A stretch of 60,533 nt of DNA from an uncultured bacterium (lineage in GTDB: Bacteria; Bacillota_I; Bacilli_A; RF39; UBA660), in the NCBI GenBank assembly GCA_946643435.1, contig CAMPCD010000004.1:1-60533 (forward strand), written 5' to 3'. Of the stretch, positions 1 through 9,701 are shown piece after piece. The position numbers and the translations under genes were made by a program. The notes beneath the pieces were generated by a model, which saw only the letters and a program-made list of their open reading frames with translations, did no database searches and was not told where the DNA came from. Position 1 is the first letter of the stretch. Each line of letters opens with the position of its first letter.

Positions 1-193
1 TAATACACTTCTTAAAGATAAATATTCTAAATTATATATTTTCTTTAAGAATAAAGAAAATAATTTATATAAAGGTATACCTACTATTATAGTTATTATA
101 TTTAGTAAGAATTGATAATTAAATAGATTAATATAGTTCTTATATTTTTTCATAATCTTTTTACACCTACTATAATAGTATATAGGTTTTTAT

Positions 194-226
194 AAAAAAA
201 GAAAAGTGATTATTTTGAATCACTTT
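194..226 (-). terminator. Rho-independent terminator of the 517-aa orphan gene
   Basis: 9-bp stem AAAGTGATT/AATCACTTT (203-211 / 218-226) overlaps the stop codon. A T-run follows on the minus strand (plus-strand A7 at 194-200). Confidence 0.6.
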
Positions 227-1763
227 GTCTTCTTGCTCCCCTAGTCTTGATATCTTCACTAGAAACTGTTTTAGAAAATACCATAGTTTCAAGTGTTGGT
301 TTTCTAGATGCTAATACTTTATGTAAATTATCAGCCCAGTTTTCAGTATGATATTTTCTTATTATATCTGGATTATCTGTATTTCTAATATAATCTATTA
401 TTTCCGGTCTATCCTTTTGAATAAATTCAACAAAATTATCTTTAGTCATGATATATGTTGCAGCTGGTTTAGCAGGAGTACCATCTAATTCATAGAATTT
501 TTCAAATGCTACATATCCATTTTCATAAATAAAACCAACATATCCCTCAAATTTATCTTTACCTATCATTTGACATACATAATTAGTTTCTTCAAATACC
601 AATTTTCTTTTAATAACTTGATTAGGATCTATTTCTTTTTTATTACTATTTTTACGTCTAGTTGTTTTTCCTTGTTTAGCATCTCTTTCAACTGTTCCTT
701 TTGGAAGTATTTCAAATTCAGTTTCAATTATTTTTTGTTGTTCTTCACTTAATACTCTTACAAGTTTTTCATAATTATCATGATTACGTTCTAATCCTAA
801 TTCTTTTAAGTCATCTACTGGTATTGCACTACCTTTTTCAATATCATCAGGACATTTAGCACAATATTTTTTATAGTCCTTAGTTAAATCTTTAAAAGTA
901 TAATTTACTATTTTTCTTGAGTTTTTATCATACACTTTAATAGATGGATTGTAATTCTTTATTCCACATTGAGCTAAAGCAGTCATGACTTGAGAAATTA
1001 ATACAAATGAAGTATCTAGTTGACCTTTTGTTCTTATTGTATGTGGTTGGTTATCAATTATAGCCTTACAATACATTAAAATAAACTTATCAGGATCATA
1101 ACAAGATCTAAATTCTCTTTCAGATACTTTAACTCCATTCTTAGTTAAATCTGTTATACATAAACAAATATATTTAATTTTAGATATAGAATCTATATAT
1201 CTTTTTAAGTTATCATCAGTCATTTCTCTATTAAAAGAATCGAATCTAAACTTAATATCATCATAATATGGAGATTCTTCTTTATTCTTTAATACATCTC
1301 TTAATTTAGTTCTTAATTCTTTATAATAATTTAAACACATATTTGCAAAATCATCTTCACTCTTATCTACTCCATTTGCAAATATAGATTTATCTTCCAT
1401 TATATTATAAATAGTCGCTAATAAAGAAAACTCTAGATGTCTTCCGTCTCCTTCTTTATTCATCATATTTACTAATAATGGATTAATAAATTTATTAATA
1501 TAAGGAGCATACTCAGGAGCATGAAAATTAAATAATAGTTTTCTATCTATTAAAGATTGATACTTATTATTACCTTTTTCATCAACTAGAGAATTTAATA
1601 CTAACATATCATGAGCACTATTATACTCAAAATCCTTAAATGAATTATCTCCAAATATATAATCTCCATCAAATGTAATTAAAGGATTAATTATATTATA
1701 ATGGTCTAAAATAAATTCTCTAAAGTCTTCTAAATTGTTCTCAAAACCCTCTTGTCTTTTCAT
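210..1763 (-). CDS. Hypothetical cytoplasmic protein (517 aa), no family assignable
   Basis: Long ORF with SD AAGGGGTG about 6 nt before the ATG. No signal peptide or TM segment. Own terminator. Diverges from the tRNA-Met promoter region. Confidence 0.7.
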   Translation of the reverse strand: MKRQEGFENNLEDFREFILDHYNIINPLITFDGDYIFGDNSFKDFEYNSAHDMLVLNSLVDEKGNNKYQSLIDRKLLFNFHAPEYAPYINKFINPLLVNMMNKEGDGRHLEFSLLATIYNIMEDKSIFANGVDKSEDDFANMCLNYYKELRTKLRDVLKNKEESPYYDDIKFRFDSFNREMTDDNLKRYIDSISKIKYICLCITDLTKNGVKVSEREFRSCYDPDKFILMYCKAIIDNQPHTIRTKGQLDTSFVLISQVMTALAQCGIKNYNPSIKVYDKNSRKIVNYTFKDLTKDYKKYCAKCPDDIEKGSAIPVDDLKELGLERNHDNYEKLVRVLSEEQQKIIETEFEILPKGTVERDAKQGKTTRRKNSNKKEIDPNQVIKRKLVFEETNYVCQMIGKDKFEGYVGFIYENGYVAFEKFYELDGTPAKPAATYIMTKDNFVEFIQKDRPEIIDYIRNTDNPDIIRKYHTENWADNLHKVLASRKPTLETMVFSKTVSSEDIKTRGARRQSDSK

Positions 1764-1824
1764 TCTTTACACCCCTTAAATCGTTATATAGCATAACATA
1801 TTTGCTATAAAAAAGCAAAATCTA

Positions 1825-1853
1825 TTGATTTATGATAATTAATATGATATTAT
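1825..1853 (+). promoter_or_regulatory. Sigma-A type promoter of tRNA-Met
   Basis: TTGATT (1825-1830), 17-nt spacer, TATTAT (1848-1853) with TG at the extended -10 position. The tRNA starts 14 nt downstream. Confidence 0.55.
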
Positions 1854-1866
1854 TTAACATGTACAT

Positions 1867-1943
1867 GGCGATGTAGCTCAGTTGGCTAGAGCACCCGGTT
1901 CATACCCGGTAGGTCGTGAGTTCGAATCTCTCCGTCGCTACCA
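1867..1943 (+). tRNA. tRNA-Met (anticodon CAT; an Ile2/lysidine type cannot be excluded)
   Basis: Cloverleaf folded by hand: acceptor GGCGATG/CGTCGCT, D-arm GCTC..GAGC, anticodon loop TTCATAC, T-loop TTCGAAT, encoded CCA. Closely resembles the Bacillus elongator tRNA-Met as I recall it. Confidence 0.85.
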
Positions 1944-1954
1944 TTTGAAATTAT

Positions 1955-1979
1955 CTAACTAGAAATAGTTAGTTTTTTT
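1955..1979 (+). terminator. Terminator after tRNA-Met
   Basis: CTAACTA-GAAA-TAGTTAG hairpin followed by T7. Confidence 0.7.
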
Positions 1980-2077
1980 GTATTTAAATATATGACGTTA
2001 TAATAAAAAACTAATTTGATTACCATTATTTGTTGTGTTATTATATTATCAGTTTCTTACAAAGGGGTATTAAAAAA

Positions 2078-3277
2078 ATGAAAAAGCAAGATGATAAATC
2101 AACATTCAAAGAACTATTTTTGCGACAAAGAACAAAAAAAGAAATAATTGATGCAACAATTATAGCTACAATTTATAATATATTTACGTTTGCTTTTTTA
2201 TCACCAGGTATAGAAACAGTTGATTATCCAAAAATAGCATATGATGATGCATATGAATTAACTATAGATGATATTAAAAACGTATTTGATAACAACCAAT
2301 TCTTATCTGATGAAGAAAAAGCATATTTATATAATGAAGATTATTTTAATTACTTATTAGAATATATTAATCAAGACAAAAATATTAGAAGAATTCTATT
2401 TGATGAATTATCTTATTTAGATATAGAAGAAGATAATTCTCATGGTAACTTAGGTGGTTACGTTATCGGTGGTAATAAATCAAATATATATATTAATAAT
2501 TTATTATACAATCAAAGTACATATGAATTAGATAAAACATTAGGTCATGAATTTGTTCATGTTACTCAATATGCAACTAAAAGAACAAGATTAATTGAAG
2601 CAGCAGCTGAAATATTGAATCAAGAATTCTATATTACAAAAAATAGAACATACGAAGAAGAAACTAGCGCAACTAGAATACTTATGGAAATAATTGGTCC
2701 AGATCCTATTGCAAATTATATTTATTTAAATGATGAAAGCGATATAATCAAAAGTGTTCAACCATATTTAAATAAAGAAGAATATAGAGTATTTTATAAA
2801 TACTTTTTAGGTGAATTCGATGATAAAGATCACATGTCTTTTGATGAAATATACGAAGTATTATCACTTCTATATAAGAACAAATATAATGCTGATATAA
2901 ATGATAATCTTATGATTAACGCATTAAGAGTTGACAATAACTATTATTACTCAAGACATTATTTCTATGAAGATAAAATGGATGAAGATTATTATACAAC
3001 TGACGAAAAAGAAAATAATTATTGTGATTTAGAAACAGGATTAGTCTTGGGTGATATATTGGAATTAACTTATTTAGAAGGAGATAAAGAAATAAAAATA
3101 CATACACGTGATGAATACTTATCTTATCCAAATAGAGATAATCCTGTATCTGCAAGTTTTGAATTTTCAGATATGTTCCTTGAAGGTAACAAATACGCAT
3201 ATCCTTGGTATAAAAAATTCAATATTGAACCAATAAATAAGAAATTTGAAGAACAATTTACAAAAAAGAAAAAGTAG
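2078..3277 (+). CDS. Membrane-anchored protein with HExxH zinc-metalloprotease-like motif
   Basis: ATG at 2078 preceded by AAAGGGG SD; the ORF-track TTG start at 2030 is probably too long. N-terminal TM segment IIDATIIATIYNIFTFAFL. LGHEFVHVTQY contains HExxH. No further family call. Confidence 0.55.
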   Translation: MKKQDDKSTFKELFLRQRTKKEIIDATIIATIYNIFTFAFLSPGIETVDYPKIAYDDAYELTIDDIKNVFDNNQFLSDEEKAYLYNEDYFNYLLEYINQDKNIRRILFDELSYLDIEEDNSHGNLGGYVIGGNKSNIYINNLLYNQSTYELDKTLGHEFVHVTQYATKRTRLIEAAAEILNQEFYITKNRTYEEETSATRILMEIIGPDPIANYIYLNDESDIIKSVQPYLNKEEYRVFYKYFLGEFDDKDHMSFDEIYEVLSLLYKNKYNADINDNLMINALRVDNNYYYSRHYFYEDKMDEDYYTTDEKENNYCDLETGLVLGDILELTYLEGDKEIKIHTRDEYLSYPNRDNPVSASFEFSDMFLEGNKYAYPWYKKFNIEPINKKFEEQFTKKKK

Positions 3278-3300
3278 GATAATATCCTACTTTATTTTTT
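3266..3300. terminator. Bidirectional terminator between convergent genes
   Basis: AAAGTAGGAT-AAT-ATCCTACTTT hairpin flanked by an A-run and a T-run. Confidence 0.7.
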
Positions 3301-4240
3301 ATGTTAATGCATAACCGTATATTCTAGCTTCACCTAAAGCATATGATCTAGCAGCTACCTTATCATTAGGTATTGGACCAGTGTTACCTTCTATAGTATA
3401 TACTCTACCATTAGATACATAATCAACTAATCCTACATGGTCATTTGAACCATTTCTATCAAAATCAATAAAGATTAAATCACCTTTACTAGGTATATAG
3501 TCTCTTCCTTGCCATCTACCATTCTTTTTAAAGAAGTTAGCTCCAACTCCTACACCTGCAAATTTAGGTATATGTGGATTATTTAATACTTCAGCTTGGT
3601 TAGATACCCAACTTACAAATATAGCACACCATTCTACTCTTCCACCAAAACCATACCAACTCCAATAAGGATCACCATGATATGTTCCTATTTGAGATCT
3701 TGCTATATCTAGCATTCTAGTTTTAGTTTCACTAGAAATAGGTTGATAATTGTAATTATAATTAGGATTTACATAAGGAGCAACTACTCTTACAGTAGCT
3801 CTATGAGTACTTACATTATTACTATTATCTTTAGCTATATATTTAACCTCATAAGCGCCTAATGTGTTAGGATCATATGTTCCTTCTACTGTTATAGATG
3901 GATTCTTATCTCTATTATCTCTAACAGTTGCATAGTTTAATAGATTAACTTGTCTACCAACAGTAACAACTATAGTTCCTCTACTATCAATAGTAGGAGG
4001 CGTTGTATCCTCTGGTAGATATTCATCCATATCATAATCACACATTCTAATAGTATCATCAATTTCCATTGAAACATCAAATAATGATTGTGAATATGAT
4101 ATTAAATCACTTTTATATGAACTTTTTAAGTCATTTAATTCTAAACTCTTTATAGAATCACTTGGTAATTCAAATTTAAATAATAATGAACATGAAATTA
4201 AAACTAAGAGCATCGTTAAATACGCATCTAGCCTTTTCAT
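3299..4240 (-). CDS. Secreted (probable lipoprotein) CHAP/NlpC-P60-type peptidoglycan hydrolase with Ig-like DUF5011-type domain
   Basis: Start at 4240 behind GGGGTGAG SD. Signal peptide with lipobox-like LISC. Ig-like module TPPTIDSRG...GAYEVKYIAKDNSNNVSTHRATVRV. C-terminal CHAP signature WCAIFVSW (Cys), DHVGLV (His), TIEGNT. Confidence 0.7.
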   Translation of the reverse strand: MKRLDAYLTMLLVLISCSLLFKFELPSDSIKSLELNDLKSSYKSDLISYSQSLFDVSMEIDDTIRMCDYDMDEYLPEDTTPPTIDSRGTIVVTVGRQVNLLNYATVRDNRDKNPSITVEGTYDPNTLGAYEVKYIAKDNSNNVSTHRATVRVVAPYVNPNYNYNYQPISSETKTRMLDIARSQIGTYHGDPYWSWYGFGGRVEWCAIFVSWVSNQAEVLNNPHIPKFAGVGVGANFFKKNGRWQGRDYIPSKGDLIFIDFDRNGSNDHVGLVDYVSNGRVYTIEGNTGPIPNDKVAARSYALGEARIYGYALT

Positions 4241-4359
4241 ATATCTCACCCCTTTTGTACACAAATATTTTTTTTGTCTACAAAATATAACAATATTTTA
4301 CTTTATTTTTACACAAAAAGCAAATTAGGAAGATATAAAAAAAAATAAGCATGAAATGC

Positions 4360-4902
4360 TTATTTAGTCTTTTCTTTATCAAATGATAAAAGAAAATCTA
4401 GTAATTCATTAAATGATATACCTACAGGTATTTCATCTATTTGATATGTCTTAAAGCACTCAGGATGATTCTTCATGCTATCTATAGCACTTAAAGCTTC
4501 ATCTATACTAGAGTATTCATATATACCTCTCATTTTAGAATTAGCATGTTCAAAGTATATACATTTATCATCTTTAGTTCCTAAGACAAAAGTATGTAAT
4601 CTTATATCACCAGGTTGATTCTCTGGAAATAATCTATTAACTTCTCTAAATATACGAGTATAGTAATATGGAACATATCCTAGTCTTTTAAATGTATCAC
4701 TTATAACTAAAGCTTGTTCTACACATGTTCCTAGTCCATTATTGATAGTTTCCTCTACACTTCTAGTAACATAATATTCTTTTAAACCTTTTAGGGTTTT
4801 AACATTTCTATCACCATTTGTATCAACGAAACCATATTCAATATGTTCATTCATATAGTCCATTAATTCTTGTAAACTAGTTATTTTATTATATTCTTCC
4901 AT
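4360..4902 (-). CDS. Hypothetical cytoplasmic protein (180 aa), possibly transglutaminase/papain-like Cys-His fold
   Basis: No signal peptide. GTCVEQA and LHTFVL loosely resemble the Cys and His motifs of transglutaminase-like proteins. Weak call. Confidence 0.3.
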   Translation of the reverse strand: MEEYNKITSLQELMDYMNEHIEYGFVDTNGDRNVKTLKGLKEYYVTRSVEETINNGLGTCVEQALVISDTFKRLGYVPYYYTRIFREVNRLFPENQPGDIRLHTFVLGTKDDKCIYFEHANSKMRGIYEYSSIDEALSAIDSMKNHPECFKTYQIDEIPVGISFNELLDFLLSFDKEKTK

Positions 4903-4905
4903 ATA

Positions 4906-5652
4906 TTATCCTTTAATTTGTGAGAAATCTTTTACTTTTGAGTCTGATGGTGGAAATTTAAATATAACTCTTTGTTTAACAGATGCACTCTTACCTTTTT
5001 TATCTGTAACAGTCCATTTAACCCAATATTGAGGCCCTGGTCTATCAGTTGGTTCTCTTTCAATAAATACTTCAAATGTAACTTTTTTACCTTCTTGATC
5101 ATCCCAAGCTATTACATCATCAGTATTAATATCATCAATACTTTCTACTTCATAGTCTTTAGTACAATCATAATCCTTACATGCTATAGTCGGAGCAGAA
5201 TAATCAAATTCAATACCATATGGTTCTACATATTTAGTTTTAGAAGATCTTGGTTGAGCAATATATCCTTCTTGATATTTATCTTTCCAATTCTTTTGAT
5301 AAACTATTCTAAACCATACATAGTTTTCATCTGTTTCTTCAACTTCTACTACTTTATATATTTCATCTTTTTTAGCCTTACCTAACTCTTTTGATGCTTG
5401 TGTAGGAGCTTCTCTTACAGTTAATTCTATTTTCTTACATTCTTCATTTTGAACATTACTATCCTGATTAGATAATTGGAATCTAGTCTTACATTCAGTA
5501 GTATCTTCATATACTATTTTTATGTACATTCCTTCTTTAATCTTATCTAGTCTAGCTTGTTCTCTATTCTTATCCCTTATACCTTTAATAGGAAAATATA
5601 CAGCACATCCTATTATAGCAATTACTAGTAAAAATTTAATAAGTTTCTTCAT
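4906..5652 (-). CDS. Membrane-anchored/secreted protein with SH3b-like and Ig-like (DUF5011-type) modules
   Basis: N-terminal TM/signal segment. Middle region TVREAPTQASKELGKAKKDEIYKVVEVE..WFRIVY is SH3b-like. C-terminal region APTIACKD...VTFEVF...KWTVTDKKGKSASVKQRVIF is Ig-like. Confidence 0.5.
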   Translation of the reverse strand: MKKLIKFLLVIAIIGCAVYFPIKGIRDKNREQARLDKIKEGMYIKIVYEDTTECKTRFQLSNQDSNVQNEECKKIELTVREAPTQASKELGKAKKDEIYKVVEVEETDENYVWFRIVYQKNWKDKYQEGYIAQPRSSKTKYVEPYGIEFDYSAPTIACKDYDCTKDYEVESIDDINTDDVIAWDDQEGKKVTFEVFIEREPTDRPGPQYWVKWTVTDKKGKSASVKQRVIFKFPPSDSKVKDFSQIKG

Positions 5653-5704
5653 ATTATCACCCTTTAACTATATAAGATTATATCATTAATAATAAAGAGA
5701 ATAA

Positions 5705-5734
5705 ATAAAAAAGGATTAGTTTTATCTAATCCTT
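5705..5734 (-). terminator. rpoC terminator
   Basis: AAGGATTAG-TTTTAT-CTAATCCTT hairpin overlaps the stop codon, with a T-run on the minus strand. Confidence 0.7.
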
Positions 5735-8700
5735 ATTTATTATCATTTAATCCAAGTGTTTCTTCTCTATCAGCTAAGAATTCATTTTCTAGCATTTCAG
5801 AAGGATCATCAGACATATATTCATTTTCTAATTTAATATCTAAATTAGTATAATCTCTATGTCCAGTACCAGCAGGAATTAATTTACCAATGATAACATT
5901 TTCTTTTAATCCCTTTAACATATCAACTTTACCACTTATAGCAGCATCAGTTAATACAGCTGTTGTTTCTTGGAATGATGCAGCAGATAAGAATGATGAA
6001 GTATGTAATGCAGTCTTAGCAATACCTTCGATAACTGGAGCACCTTTAGCTGGAACACCACCAGTTAATAATACATCTTTATTCTTATCATTGAATTCTT
6101 CCATAGATACTGTTAAACCAGCAACTAATGAAGAATCACCAGAATCAAGAACTTTCATCTTATTAATCATACGAGATACGATAACTTCGATATGTTTATC
6201 TGAGATATCAACACCTTGTGATTTATAAACTTTTTGAACTTCTTTTAAGATATAATTTTGAGTTGTAATTGGATCAGTTACAGCTAATAATTCTTTAGGA
6301 TAAATAGCTCCTTCAGTTAATATATCACCAGCTTTAACCTCTTGTCCTTCTTCAACAGCAAGTTTAGCATTATATCTAGTTAAGTGTTCTCTAGATTCAG
6401 CATCATTTGTAATAACAATCTTCCATTTTTCATTAACATTTTCGATTGATGTAATCTTACCAGCAATTTCAGCAATAGTTGCTTTACCTTTTGGATTACG
6501 AACTTCGAATAATTCTTCAACTCTTGGAAGACCTTGAGTGATATCTTCACCACCAGCAACACCACCTGAGTGGAATGTTTGCATTGTTAATTGGGTACCT
6601 GGTTCACCAATTGATTGAGCAGACATAACACCAATAGCTTCACCTGTTTCAACTATATTACCAGTTGCAGGATTTAAACCATAACATTTTTGACATACTC
6701 CATCACTTGACTTACAAGTAATAGCAGATCTGATTTCTACTGATTTAACACCAGCTTTTGTAATCTTTCTAGCTATGTTTTCAGTAATATATTGATTTGC
6801 ATCAATTATTACATCTTTAGTTTCAGGATTTACAACTTTCTTAGAAGTAAATCTTCCAACAATTCTATCATATAATGATTCAATGATTGAACCATCTTTT
6901 TCATTTATTAAGTCAGATACAACAATACCAGTGATGCATCCACAATCTTCTTGTTTTACAACAATATCTTGTGCAACATCAACTAAACGTCTTGTTAAGT
7001 ATCCTGATGATGCAGTCTTTAAGGCTTTATCGGCTTGTGCTTTACGAGTTCCGTGTGTATTTAAGAAGTATTCGTTAACTGTATGACCTTCTAGTAATGA
7101 AGTTGTGATTGGAATCTCAACCATTGAACCATCTGTCTTAGCGAATAATCCACGCATACCAGCCATTTGTCCGAATTGTCCTTTTGAACCACGGGCACCA
7201 GAGTTCATCATCATGAAGATTGGATTGTAAATATCAACTTTAGATTTAGCTCCAAGTTCATCCCAAACTTCATCTTTAACTTTTAACCAAACATCACAGA
7301 CATTTTGATATCTTTCTTGTTCAGTTATTAAACCACGTCTATATTGTTTATTAATTGTATCAACTTTTTCTTGTCCTTCAGCTATAAACTCTTGTTTATG
7401 ATCTGATTGAACAACATCATGAACAGAGAATGTTAAACCACCGATTGTAGAATATTTGAAACCAATATCCTTTAACTTATCAAGCATAATACTTGTTTCA
7501 GTAGTCTTATATCTCTTGAATACTTCAGCAATGATATTCTTTAAGTCTTTCTTACCGAAAGGATTAGCGAATTTCATCTTAGCTATTTCAAGAGGAATAT
7601 TCTTACCTTGTTCAATGAAGAATCTATCATTAGCAACACCTTCGATGTTGTCTGATGATGGATCAGCTAAATATTGGAAAGTATCAGGTAATATTGTATT
7701 GAATATTATCTTACCAGCTGTAGTAACAAGATATTTATCTTGAACATCATCTGGGAATACTTTATATTTAAATGTCTTAACTGGAATAGCTACTCTTGTT
7801 TGAATATCTATTTCTTTTCTTTCATAAGCCATTAATAATTCTGAATCATTCTTATAAACTTTACCTTCAGAAGTACCAGGAACTTTCTTAACATGACCAT
7901 AATCATCAAATGAATTAAGTTCTAAATCCTTAATAGCTTCTTCTTTATCTTTATCATTTTCACATACGATAACTTTACCAGTTAAATACTTAGTATCATC
8001 ATCGAAGTTAATAATGAATTCATAAGTACCAGCCTTTTTAGTATCTACATTAGATGTATCAACTTTTAAGTAGTCCTTAATAAAGTCTATAGTAGCGTCA
8101 TCTTCTTGATATTTAATATATTCAATAGCATCTTTAGGAAGTTTTTCACCTTTAGTAATAATAATTGTTCTAGGATCTCTTCCTCTTTCCATAGTGATGT
8201 AATAGTTACCTAAAACCATATCTTGTCCAGGAGTAACTACTGGTTTACCATCAGAAGGTTTTAAGATGTTATTTGAAGATAACATTAAGATTCTAGCTTC
8301 AGCTTTAGCTTCTTCTGATAATGGAATGTGTATTGCCATTTGGTCACCATCGAAGTCAGCGTTGAAACCTGTACAAACTAATGGGTGAAGTCTTATAGCT
8401 TTACCACCAATTAATACTGGTTCGAATGCTTGAATACCTAATCTGTGTAGAGTTGGTGCTCTATTTAACATAACTGGATATTCAACCATAACTGATTCTA
8501 CGATATCCCAAATAGATTCATCTCTAGTATCAATTAATTTCTTAGCTCCCTTAATATTATGAGCAAGTCCTTTAGATACTAATCCATGTATTACATGTGG
8601 TTTCCATAATTCTAGAGCCATTTCTTTAGGTACACCACATTGATACATCTTTAATGATGGACCAACAACGATAACTGAACGTCCTGAGTAGTCAACACGT

Positions 8701-9701
8701 TTACCTAAAAGGTTCATACGGAAACGACCTTGTTTACCTTTTAACATACTTGATAATGATTTTAATGGTCTACCTGAAGCATTATTAACACTTCTTGATC
8801 TTCTACCATTATCAAATAATGTATCTACTGCTTCTTGAAGCATTCTCTTTTCATTTTGAACAATGATTGAAGGAGCTCCAAGTTCAAGTAATTTCTTTAA
8901 TCTGTTATTTCTATTAATGATTCTTCTATATAAATCATTTAAATCAGATGTAGCAAATCTACCACCATCTAATTGAATCATTGGTCTTAAATCTGGTGGA
9001 ATAACTGGAATTGCATCAAGTATCATCCATTCAGGTCTATTACCTGATTCTTTAAATGCAACTAAGCAATCTAATCTCTTAACTAATCTAGTTCTCTTTT
9101 GACCAGTTGCATCAGCTGTTTCTTTATTTAATTCTTCTATTTCTTTATCTAAATCTACTTCAGCTAATAACTCTTTAATAGCTTCAGCACCCATTCCAAC
9201 TCTGAATGTATCGCCATATTTTTCATAATAAGCTCTATATTCTTTATCAGATAATGTTTGCTTTTTAACTAATGGAGCATTACCTGGATCGATTACTACA
9301 TAAGATACGAAATATAAAACTTCTTCTAGGTCTCTTGGAGACATATCAAGGATAAGACCCATCTTTGATGGAACACCCTTAAAGAACCAAATATGTGAGC
9401 AAGGAGAGGCTAGCTCGATATGACCCATTCTCTCTCTTCTTACCTTTGATGATGTTACTTCAACACCACATCTATCACATATTACATTTTTATATCTTAA
9501 TCTTTTGTATTTTCCACAAGAACATTCATAGTCTTTTGATGGACCAAAAATCTTCTCACAGAATAAACCATCTCTTTCTGGTTTTAGAGTACGATAATTG
9601 ATAGTTTCTGGTTTTGTTACTTCACCATAAGACCATTCTCTTATCTTCTCAGGAGATGCAATAGAAATTCTTATACCTTTAATATTATTTACATCTATCA
9701 T
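5733..9701 (-). CDS. rpoC: DNA-directed RNA polymerase subunit beta-prime (1322 aa, carries an extra insertion of about 105 aa)
   Basis: NADFDGDQM catalytic motif, N-terminal zinc-binding Cys cluster, and trigger-loop/bridge regions conserved throughout. Start overlaps the rpoB stop (TAATG). Confidence 0.97.
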   Translation of the reverse strand: MIDVNNIKGIRISIASPEKIREWSYGEVTKPETINYRTLKPERDGLFCEKIFGPSKDYECSCGKYKRLRYKNVICDRCGVEVTSSKVRRERMGHIELASPCSHIWFFKGVPSKMGLILDMSPRDLEEVLYFVSYVVIDPGNAPLVKKQTLSDKEYRAYYEKYGDTFRVGMGAEAIKELLAEVDLDKEIEELNKETADATGQKRTRLVKRLDCLVAFKESGNRPEWMILDAIPVIPPDLRPMIQLDGGRFATSDLNDLYRRIINRNNRLKKLLELGAPSIIVQNEKRMLQEAVDTLFDNGRRSRSVNNASGRPLKSLSSMLKGKQGRFRMNLLGKRVDYSGRSVIVVGPSLKMYQCGVPKEMALELWKPHVIHGLVSKGLAHNIKGAKKLIDTRDESIWDIVESVMVEYPVMLNRAPTLHRLGIQAFEPVLIGGKAIRLHPLVCTGFNADFDGDQMAIHIPLSEEAKAEARILMLSSNNILKPSDGKPVVTPGQDMVLGNYYITMERGRDPRTIIITKGEKLPKDAIEYIKYQEDDATIDFIKDYLKVDTSNVDTKKAGTYEFIINFDDDTKYLTGKVIVCENDKDKEEAIKDLELNSFDDYGHVKKVPGTSEGKVYKNDSELLMAYERKEIDIQTRVAIPVKTFKYKVFPDDVQDKYLVTTAGKIIFNTILPDTFQYLADPSSDNIEGVANDRFFIEQGKNIPLEIAKMKFANPFGKKDLKNIIAEVFKRYKTTETSIMLDKLKDIGFKYSTIGGLTFSVHDVVQSDHKQEFIAEGQEKVDTINKQYRRGLITEQERYQNVCDVWLKVKDEVWDELGAKSKVDIYNPIFMMMNSGARGSKGQFGQMAGMRGLFAKTDGSMVEIPITTSLLEGHTVNEYFLNTHGTRKAQADKALKTASSGYLTRRLVDVAQDIVVKQEDCGCITGIVVSDLINEKDGSIIESLYDRIVGRFTSKKVVNPETKDVIIDANQYITENIARKITKAGVKSVEIRSAITCKSSDGVCQKCYGLNPATGNIVETGEAIGVMSAQSIGEPGTQLTMQTFHSGGVAGGEDITQGLPRVEELFEVRNPKGKATIAEIAGKITSIENVNEKWKIVITNDAESREHLTRYNAKLAVEEGQEVKAGDILTEGAIYPKELLAVTDPITTQNYILKEVQKVYKSQGVDISDKHIEVIVSRMINKMKVLDSGDSSLVAGLTVSMEEFNDKNKDVLLTGGVPAKGAPVIEGIAKTALHTSSFLSAASFQETTAVLTDAAISGKVDMLKGLKENVIIGKLIPAGTGHRDYTNLDIKLENEYMSDDPSEMLENEFLADREETLGLNDNK

